Origin: Octopus bimaculoides | Lineage: Eukaryota | DNA length: 64,000 nucleotides | Assembly: GCF_001194135.2 (NCBI RefSeq) | Contig: NC_069010.1 | Span: 8,304,618 to 8,368,617, forward strand | Reading direction: 5' to 3' | Part shown: positions 27,901-38,983 of the stretch, piece after piece | How positions within the stretch are numbered: position 1 is the first letter of the stretch | How the letters are laid out: each line of letters begins with the position of its first letter | Made by a program: the position numbers and the translations under genes | Notes under the pieces: generated by a model | The model's database searches: none | Told to the model about the DNA's origin: nothing | The model's input: the letters and a program-made list of their open reading frames with translations, nothing else

Positions 27901-30900
27901 GTTTTAAGCCTTTTCACAATTTCTTTGTCTCTGTTTTCTTTACAACTCTCATATCATATATCAGCCTTTTGTTTTCTTTTGTTTTGGTCTTGTTTCCCTA
28001 GCAATTCTTCTAGTCGGTCCTACAGTGGATAATTTATAATACTACTTTGTCAGTCCCCTCAAGAGCTATTTCAAGATTTGTATGGGATTGGTCGTTTAAC
28101 CCCATACAGTAATTTCTCGTCTCTCTCTTTTATTCACAGGCCTTAATAGTATCAATCAACGAATATTTATTATATACATTGATTCATAATATCCTGTACC
28201 ACTTTCACAATATTGATTTACTGGGTGCACATCTCTGAGTTCAGTGGAAACTCAGACAAGTCTAGGTGTGGTTATTTTCAAAACACACGGCCTAACTGAC
28301 AATGAGAACAACTAGTGAAGAAGGTAGGACCACAAATTACACTGTGTTGCAATATTTAATCCAGCTTCTGGTTGCTTTGACTTCAAAATGCCACCAAGGT
28401 CAGCTCTGACCTTTCATTCCTTCTCAAATTGATAAAGTACCTGCTGTTGGATGGCAGACTGGTAAAATTGCAAGAGCATCAGACAGGGTGTTTCATGGCA
28501 TTCGTTTCAGCTCTTTGTGTGTTCTGAGTTCAAACCCCACTGTTTCCTGCTCGGGCAGTGATTGTAATCCATCGACCTGGTTTGATAAGCATTACCATCA
28601 CTCCCGCTCTGCTGCATGATCTCAAGCCAGGTTCCTAGTTCTTCCCAACCACCAATTTTGGAGCCCCCTTTAAGGCTCAAGGGCACTACCTTCTATCCTG
28701 ATGAAACAAGTACTTAAACAAAAAGAAATCTTGAATGTACCCCATGTAAAGAAAATATGCTTCAAGTGTCCCTGGTATATATTGTAACTTTGTCATAGCT
28801 TTGACGTTTTCTTTTTTTCTCATTTTGTTTTTCTTTTTTTGTGAAGCTAAAAAAAAAAATATCAATTTAGCTTCTTTTTTTTGTGTTTTCATATTTGTGT
28901 GTTGTTTATTAACGATGCTAATGATGATTATTATTATTATTAAGATGGTGAGCCACCAGAATCATTAGCTTGTCAGACAAAATGCTTAGCGGCATTTCCT
29001 CTGGCCCTTTCAAAACTCCAGGTCTTGCACCAAAATTTGAAACCATTCTTAATATTATCAAGGCGGTGAACTGACAGAATCGTTCGTGTATCAGACAAAA
29101 TGCTTAGAAGCATTTCCTCTGGGCCCCGTGCTCAACTGGTACTTGTTTTATCAACCCCCCCACCGAAAAGATGAAGCGCAAAGTCAACCTCAGCAATATT
29201 TGAACTTTGCCTTTCATCTTTTTTGTGGGGTCACTGAAGTGAGTAGCAGTCAAGTACTGGAGTAAATGTATTTAAATTTTTCTCTCCCCCTTCAAGATTG
29301 CTGGCCCTTATACAAAAATTAGAATTATTATTATTATTATTATTAAGGCGGTGAGCTGACAGAATCNNNNNNNNNNNNNNNNNNNNNNNNNNNNNNNNNN
29401 NNNNNNNNNNNNNNNNNNNNNNNNNNNNNNNNNNNNNNNNNNNNNNNNNNNNNNNNNNNNNNNNNNNNNNNNNNNNNNNNNNNNNNNNNNNNNNNNNNNN
29501 NNNNNNNNNNNNNNNNNNNNNNNNNNNNNNNNNNNNNNNNNNNNNNNNNNNNNNNNNNNNNNNNNNNNNNNNNNNNNNNNNNNNNNNNNNNNNNNNNNNN
29601 NNNNNNNNNNNNNNNNNNNNNNNNNNNNNNNNNNNNNNNNNNNNNNNNNNNNNNNNNNNNNNNNNNNNNNNNNNNNNNNNNNNNNNNNNNNNNNNNNNNN
29701 NNNNNNNNNNNNNNNNNNNNNNNNNNNNNNNNNNNNNNNNNNNNNNNNNNNNNNNNNNNNNNNNNNNNNNNNNNNNNNNNNNNNNNNNNNNNNNNNNNNN
29801 NNNNNNNNNNNNNNNNNNNNNNNNNNNNNNNNNNNNNNNNNNNNNNNNNNNNNNNNNNNNNNNNNNNNNNNNNNNNNNNNNNNNNNNNNNNNNNNNNNNN
29901 NNNNNNNNNNNNNNNNNNNNNNNNNNNNNNNNNNNNNNNNNNNNNNNNNNNNNNNNNNNNNNNNNNNNNNNNNNNNNNNNNNNNNNNNNNNNNNNNNNNN
30001 NNNNNNNNNNNNNNNNNNNNNNNNNNNNNNNNNNNNNNNNNNNNNNNNNNNNNNNNNNNNNNNNNNNNNNNNNNNNNNNNNNNNNNNNNNNNNNNNNNNN
30101 NNNNNNNNNNNNNNNNNNNNNNNNNNNNNNNNNNNNNNNNNNNNNNNNNNNNNNNNNNNNNNNNNNNNNNNNNNNNNNNNNNNNNNNNNNNNNNNNNNNN
30201 NNNNNNNNNNNNNNNNNNNNNNNNNNNNNNNNNNNNNNNNNNNNNNNNNNNNNNNNNNNNNTTCCATCGGTTGGCTTCTTGTTTCTATTTCTTTCGTTTT
30301 TACTCTCTTTATTTTTGGTTGGTTCCCCCCCCCACTTCTCTTTTTATTTTCTGTTAGTTTTTTTTGGCAATAACATTTACTCTCGTTTTAATATTTTAAT
30401 ACTTCCCACTAGCTCCAGTATTCTACAGCTCCAGCCTGTTTCTGTACATATATCGTTTATGTCTTCAGCATGAGGTAACAAGAAAGAAAAGTAGATAGTG
30501 TTTTTTTTATTTCTATTCGTCATCGTTTTTTAACGTCCACTTTTCCGTGCTTGCATGGAACTGATGGAATTTATTGAGATAGAATTTCTACGAGATACCT
30601 TTCCTGTTGCCAACCTTTGCCCGTTTCCAAGCATGGTAATATCTCCCCATGGCCAGACATGTTTTTGCAGAACATTGGAACTGAATGGCATTTGTTTACA
30701 GCAATCAAGCAATTGTCAAGACAAGAAGGCACAAACACGCATAAATATATTCTCTCTCACATACATACATACACATGGTGGGTTTCTTTCAGTTTCCATC
30801 TACTCAAGCCATTCACAAGGCTTTGGTCCACCCAATGTTATAGTAATAGACACTTGCCCAAAGTGCCATGAAGTGGGACTGAACCCGGAACCATACAGTT

Positions 30901-32645
30901 GCATGCTTGTAATTTGTCTTCATTTTTTTTTTCTAATTGGTGGTGGGGGTGGGAGAAGACTGTAGAAGAAAAGAAGAAAAAACTTCATTCAATGTGCCTT
31001 ATTTATTTTCTTTTTCTTCCAGGCCTAAAACCATCTTGGTTCAAATTCAAATGTGCTTTTAGACATTTTCCATGATAAACTTTGTCTTTCCAATAACATT
31101 CATACTTCATGCCATCTTTTTTTTTTTTTTTTTTTAAGTCAGAATGAAAGGTTGCCTGTGACCTTTTACAGGGGTCCCTGGACCAGTGGGACAGAGATAG
31201 GAAGGGCTCCTTGAAATGGAAACCTGACCCAAATCTTTACAGCAGAGTGATGCTGTTGAGTCAGTCAACAGATTAAATTTGCCACCAAAGTAAACCCTAG
31301 CAGGATTTGAACTCAGAACATAGAATAGATACCACAAACCACAAAGCATCATTCTGCCCGACCCCCTAACAGTTCCACTGATTTCTTTTTCTTTTTTTTT
31401 TTTTTATTGATCTGGAAAGGATGTATGGCAAAGTTGATCTTAGTGAGATTTGAACTCAGACACTAATTGTCAGAATATTATGTTCTGACAGGCTGTCTGC
31501 AATTATGTGTACATTCCAAAGAGAGGCAAGTGTGTGGTGTTTCGGTGCTGCTTCTATCCAGACGTCTGTTACTACTTCCTGCAAGTCTAAACCCCTCACT
31601 GTAGTTGTTCATGCTATATATTCCTACCTCGGTACTACAGACCAAAGTGGGGAGAACATCGGTCCGATGAAGCCGATTGTCCGCAGGTACCGACACTAAG
31701 GTTAGGTTACGTTAGGAGTGGCTAATATCATTACAAAGGGAAGGAATAAATAGAGTACTGTACTTTTAATCAAGCACACAATCCAATCTGACAGTGTAAA
31801 ATACCTGTACACCAGTGGTTCCCAAGGTGGGCTGTATTGCATATGCTTTATGAGGTATGTAGACCACAACCTCTTTATTACATAAAGAGGAGTCTGAGGT
31901 GCCAATAGTAGAGGAGTCAGATGTTAATGTTATTTATACACTTAGCATTTAAACCAGCCACAACTGGCCCAAACATTCTACCTGTTTTATGTTCAGACCA
32001 GACGTATCTGGTTTGTTACATGTGCTGTACATTGACATTCTAAAAATTAACGATCACATCGTTAGTATCTTGAAGCTACAAGATAATGAATGATGGATTT
32101 AAAACAATGTGAAAAAAAATAAGTATTACATTTGACAAAGTCATCTGAATGCCAATGGGTTAATTAATGCATTGTTCTCGTGCCATATCTGTAGACTGAT
32201 CTGTTTCTGTATACTGTGGCTCATCAGTGCAAAGAATTGGGAACGGAAGATAAGTCGGTTGTGGTGTCCAACTTTGTTTTAAATCAGAGCAAGGCTAATG
32301 ATGGAAAATTTCCTTACCACTTTTGAATTCGATCCTCAGTACATGACTGGTACTTAGATCCTTTCACTCCTGGAAAGATAAATGTCTAAAAGCTGACCTC
32401 CGCAAGAACAAATACCACAAAGCATTTTGTCTAACCTATCAACTGCCGTCAATAATAATAATAATAATAATAATAATTTCAGATTTTGGCTCAAGGCCAG
32501 CAATTTTAGCGGGGAGGGGAAATCAGTTACATCAACCCCCGTGGTCAGATCATATTTATTTTATTGAGCCTGAAAGGGTGAAAGGCAAAATGGACATCAG
32601 TGAAATTTGAGCTTGGAACATAAAGAGGCAGAAGAAATGATAATG

Positions 32646-32681
<36 letters not shown>

Positions 32682-33491
32682 GTTTCTGGTATAGACACGA
32701 GGCTGGTAAACTTGGGGGGAGAAGCAAGTTGATGCTTTGCCCCTTCACCTTCTGGGGTGGGTGGGGTGATAAAACAAAGTGGAACTTGGCAGGACTTCAG
32801 CTCTGGAACACACTGCATTTTCTCATGCTCCCTTATCACCACCCNNNNNNNNNNNNNNNNNNNNNNNNNNNNNNNNNNNNNNNNNNNNNNNNNNNNNNNN
32901 NNNNNNNNNNNNNNNNNNNNNNNNNNNNNNNNNNNNNNNNNNNNNNNNNNNNNNNNNNNNNNNNNNNNNNNNNNNNNNNNNNNNNNNNNNNNNNNNNNNN
33001 NNNNNNNNNNNNNNNNNNNNNNNNNNNNNNNNNNNNNNNNNNNNATTTGTTGGAGGTAGATTCAGTTTTTATAATGATAATAATAATATGCATTTCATTT
33101 CAACAAATGAATTTATTAATGATAATAACTTTAACATCTTCATCTTAATATATTAATTATAGATTTCTAATTTAGTTTCCGTTTTGATAACATAGACATG
33201 ATATCAGAAAACAGTAACAAAATTGATTTTAATTAAAAACTTTTAATTTTTGTTGTGTGTATGCGTGGTCATGTGGTTAAGATGTTTGCTTCCCATCCAC
33301 TTGGTTTTTGAGTTCAGTCCCACAGCATGGCACTTTGGCTTTGGGCCCACCAAAGTCTTGAGTGTGGACTTGGTACATTGAAAGTGAAAGAAAGCCATCT
33401 GTGGGCACGCATTTGTGTCTCCTTGTTTTGGTATTACTCAGAATCAAGAGATTAGAAAGGGAACTTCTTAACTACAGAGCAATGCCTACAC

Positions 33492-33549
<58 letters not shown>

Positions 33550-36500
33550 ATATGCAAGTCGTGTATTTGTATGTGAGTATATACCTGTGTGTGTATTGAT
33601 ATTTTTTTATAAGTGATCACTGTGTATTGACTAGCTAATAAAAAATATTGTTTACAGAATACTAAAACTCGGCACCACTTATATTAGACCTTGTAAAGGT
33701 CTAATATACATATATATATATATATGTCAAACTGTCCAACCCATGCCAGTAAGGAAAATGAACATTAAATGAGGAGGATTTTATATATCAGCATCATCAT
33801 TTAACATCCATTGTCCTTGCTGGCATGGGTTGGATGGTTTGACTGGGGCTGGTAAGCTGAAAGGCTACACTAGATTCCAATCTGATTTGGCATGGTTTTG
33901 TTTACGGCTGGATGCCCTTCCTAATGCCAACCACTCTGAGAGTGTAATGGGTGCTTTTACATGCCACCAGCACAGGTGCTGTTTGTGTGGTACCAGTATC
34001 TGCCACGACTGCGATTTTGCTTCGCTGTCACTTGTGCTGGTGGCACATGAAAAGCACCTTTTAGAATGTTGTGCCTCAAGGAGGCAATGACAAATGACCA
34101 AGACCTTTGGCATTATACCATGCTTCAGAAGACCCATCAAGCCAAGTGAAATCGCAGTCGTGGCAGATACTGATTTCACACAAATGGCACTCGTGCTGGT
34201 GGCATGTAAAAGCACCCATTTCACTCACAGAGGGATTGGCGTTAGGAAGGGCATCCAGCTGTAGAAAACCATGCCAAATCAGTCTTAAGTCTGTTGCAGC
34301 CCCTCAGCTTACCAGCCCTGATCAAACCGTCAAACCCGTGCCAGCATGGACAACAGACATTAAATGATGATGATGAAATGTTTGACCATATGTTCAAAAT
34401 AGTGACCAAATTGAAAGTGTTTGAGCTGAGGAAGATTTGGCTGCTATTTTACTATTTATTTCAAATGAAGGACTATGCAGAGCAGCAATGCCTTATAAGT
34501 GAAAATTGGTAGCCATAGACTATATAGAAACTCTTGCATGTACGTGTGTCTGTATATGTAGCTTAACCCTTTAGCATCCAGATTATCCTGTCAAATGTAT
34601 TGCTTATTTGTCCACATTGTTTTGAATTGATCATGCATTATCTCACAGCTCTGAGATTTCAATGATGTGATTGTTTAATTTTTCGTATGACATTGTAGGG
34701 TAAGTGTGAGAGGTTGGTGGCAGCCAGTTTGACCATAAAACATCTAGAATATTTCAAGCTGGGTTTGGCTGGTTTAAATGCTAAATGGTTAAATCTTTTA
34801 GCGTTCAGGTTCCTCTCTCAAATGTATTGCTTATTTATTCACATTGTTTTGAATTAATCATGCTTTAGCTTTTCTGTGCTGAGATTTCAATGATGTGCTT
34901 GTTTATTTTTATATGATATTGTAGGGTAGGTGTAAGAGGCCAGATCTGGCCGGTTTGAACATAAAACAGGTAAAATATTTTGGCCAGGTATGGCTGGTTC
35001 TACATGCTAAATGGTTAAACCTTTTAATATTCAGATTCCTCTGTCGAATGTATTGCCTATTTATTCACATTGTTTTGAATTAATCATGCATTATCTTGTA
35101 GCTTTGGGATTTCAATGGTGTGTTTCTATATATTTATAGAATGACATTGCAGGGTAGGTGCGAGATCTGGCTGGTTTCAACTCAAACAGGCTGAATATTC
35201 AGGTTGGAACAAGGCCAGTTTAAATGCCAAAGGAAAGAAATTAAACTATGTACTTGGAGCCAATGATTGATGAAGCATGCTTCTGCATGGCCATGGTCCA
35301 GTGACTGAACCTAATAATAATATGAAAAGCTTGAAGACCTATGGGTCAGCTAAAATTAGTTGAGGTAGATTTCCTATGGCTGGGTGCCTTTCCTGTCACT
35401 AACCCCTCACCTGTTTCCAAATAAGGTAATAATATTTTTCCATGGAAAACTGGAAACGAATTAAGCTTGTTTACAATGATGCCAAGACAAAAGATGAGGC
35501 TGGGGATATACACATGATGGGCCTTTTGTTCCCAACTACCAAACTACACTTACAACATTGGTCAACTCATGGCTATCTTAGAAGTCGGTGTCCATGTAAT
35601 AGAAGCAAACAGTAAACCCTGCAATTCCAAAGCAAAATCAAAAAGCCCAATTGTTATCCTTGTACATCTGGAGGAGGTTTAGCCTTTATCTTTCTCCCTT
35701 ACACAGGTAAACTAATGTTAATTATATTTTAATTATGTCTCCTTTCTTTTGTTTCATGAACCAAAGCACCTCATGCCCATGGCCCAGGGGACGAGGTTGA
35801 TGACTCAAACGACAGTCCCAATAGTTCCGACTTCTCATCCTGGCAACATGGAACAGACTGGTAACCCTCAGCATTCAGCGCCGTTATATGGTGAGCTAAC
35901 ATTCAAGTACTGCTTCTTTGGTTTTGTATTTATTCTGTGTGTGTGTGTGTGTTCAGATAATTTTTGGGGAAAGATGGAAGTCCACAGGTGCTAAATCTGA
36001 TGAGTAGGGCAGGTGCGGAAGAAGCAATACCATGTTGTTTTTGGCAAAAAAAAACAAACTCACAAGTAAAGAGAACTCTGTGATGCGGTGCATTGTCATC
36101 GTGAAAGAATCCAATCCCTTAACACGTCTGAGAGATTCAATGCCTGTTCAGATTACAGGTACAATTCCATTTTTGCCAGCTCAGTGAACAGCTGGAGCAA
36201 CAGGAAATAAAGTGTCTTGCTCAAGAGCACAGTGTACCACCTGGAATTGAACTAGTGTCCTTACAATCATGAACTGAGTACCCCTAACCACCAAGTCACA
36301 TGCCTACACTAGAAATGGCTCATGAATGCAGGGGCAGTGACAAGCTGTGGTCCAGGTGGGGGTGGAGAGCAATCATAACTAGTTTTGTCTGGTTCTGTCT
36401 CTATCGTTTATTCCCCTTTTTTTATGTTTTGAATGTTTTTTAATCGTCTTTTTCTCTTTTTTTTTGTCATTTAAGTTCCGACGCCGCATGTACAACATCA

Positions 36501-37180
36501 CCCCAACCATCCTCCGTTGCCTCATCCGACACAGACACACATGGGCCACCATCCAGGAGGTGGTCACTCTCAAGGCAACCAAATGAACACTCAGGGAAGC
36601 GGTCATCCAGCCCCTAGTCCAGTCCAAACTCAAGGGCCGTCGTCTCAGCAGGGCCAGCACCCACAGCATCCACCAAGCTCTGGGACGCCACAACCACCAC
36701 AGCCACCCATGAACTTCCAAACGATGAGTATCCAGGGACACCCGCCGCTGCAGGGAAGCCCCCACAACCCGACATCCCCGCCCAGTGTCCACCCGGCGTC
36801 GCTGTCGTACCCTATAACCCCGCACTCGCATATGCAGGCGACCGGTGCTCAAAACCTTGTGCCCGCCAGTGCGCAGGGGCACCCACAGACTTCGGTTACG
36901 CACTCACAGATGCATANNNNNNNNNNCAACCTTTAGTTATGATGCCCCCAACAGCACACCCTCACACAACTCAACATATGCAGCCTCAACAAGTACAGCC
37001 TGGACATCATTTTCAGGGACATCCCATGCACGGTGAGTATTATCATTATTATTGGCCGAGGTCGACTTTGCCTTTCATCCTTCTGGGGTCGATAAATTAA
37101 GTACCAGTTACGCACTGGGGTCGATGTAATTGACTATCATCCTCCTCTAAATTTCACACCTTATGCCTATAATAGAAAGG

Positions 37181-37225
<45 letters not shown>

Positions 37226-38948
37226 GGTAATTATGGGCAGTGAGCTGGTGGGATCATTAACATCCTGGTCGAAATGCTTGGCGTCATTTCGTCTGCCACT
37301 ATGTTCTGAGTTCAAATCCCGCCGATGTCGACTTTGCCTTTCATCCTACTGGGATCGATGTAATCGACTTGTCCCCTCCCCAAAATTTCAGGCCTTGTGC
37401 CTATAATAGAAAGGATTATTATTGTTATTATTATCATTATTATTATTATTGATTTCATTTCGTCCATCTTCACATTTTAAGTTTAAATTCTACGAAGGTC
37501 AACTTTGCCTTTCATCCTTTTGGGTCGATAAAGTACCAGTTAACTACTGAGGTCAATGTAATCGATTATCCCCCTCCCCCAAGATTCCTGCCTTGTGCCT
37601 ATATTAGAAAGGATTATTATTATTTTTTATAATAATATATCTTTGTTATATGTTTGGTGTTATGTTTATTATAAAATTATGGCAGCGAGATGGTAGACTT
37701 GTTAGCACATTGGGCAAAATGCTTGGCGGTATATTGCCAGTAACTGCGTTCTGAGTTCAAATTCTGCCGGGGTCGACTTTACCTTTCATCCTTTCGGGGG
37801 TCGGTTAAATAAGTACCAGTTATGCGCTGGAGTCAATGTAATCAACTTAATCCCTTTGTCTGTCCCCTCTGTGTATAGCCCCCCGTGTGGACAATAAAAA
37901 AATAAATATAAGTAGTTGGCATTTGGAAGGGCATCCAGCTGTAAAACCCATGCTAACCTAACCTCACCTGCACCGGTGCCATGTAAAAAGCACTTGGTCC
38001 AATCTACAGGGTGGTTGGTGTTCGGAAAGGCATTGAGCTGTAACAACCCTGCCAAAACAGACACCGAAGCCTGGGGCAGTCTTCTGCCCAGCCAGTCCCA
38101 GTCAAGCCATCCAACCCATGCCAGCATGGAAAGTGGACATTAAATGATGATGATGATGATAATAATTCTCACTGGTAAAAACAAAGCTTCTGAAAATGGA
38201 TGGAGAAAATTCGAAATGTTTACAGAAGATGTGGGTTCAACTCCCACCAAAACCTTGTCTTTTGTTTCTTTACTCATCGAAGGTGGGGGTGTCCCAAGAG
38301 GTTTTTATTTTTCCCCCCGCCCCCTTTAATAATATTTTTCACATTATAGCTTTATTTACTTTGAGTTCCACTGTTAAAACAACTTTTCATATCTGTTGAA
38401 GTTTCTAAATTCTCATATAAAAATCTCGCAATTTTCACTGATAAGAACAACAAAGCACCTAAAAAAAAAAAATTGGAGAGAATATAAAGGATTGCTTTGA
38501 TCTAATGGTAGAATGTCGTATTCTCATATTCACAGATGTAGGTTCAAGTTCTACAGACAGCCTTCAGCTATTTCTTCCCTCCAAGTTTTTTTTAACCCAA
38601 TACAACAACCATATGTGCTGTTATCTCCACCCATGTTCCTCCTGTTTGATTAATAATTCTATGGTATAATGGTAGGATATCTGTCATATTCGCAGAAGAT
38701 ATTGGTTCGAGTTCCACAGGTAGCCTTCAACTATTTCTTCCATTCAAGTTTTTTTTTTTTTTTTTTTAACCCAGCCATGCTCCTTAATAGATTAATAATT
38801 CTATGTGCATGTACTACTTTGACTTTGTCAGGTTCACACGTCCATCCCTCTAATCACCATATGATGGCATCCCAGGCTGCTGCTGCTGCTATCCCAGTTT
38901 CAACACCATCATCCGTTCATCCATCAGTACATTTTATTCCTCATGGTG

Positions 38949-38983
<35 letters not shown>

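Noticed and set aside
29308-30267. Long ORFs made of X (also at 32729-33156, 48926-49726 and 57830-58798)
   Set aside because: Artefacts of reading through N gaps.
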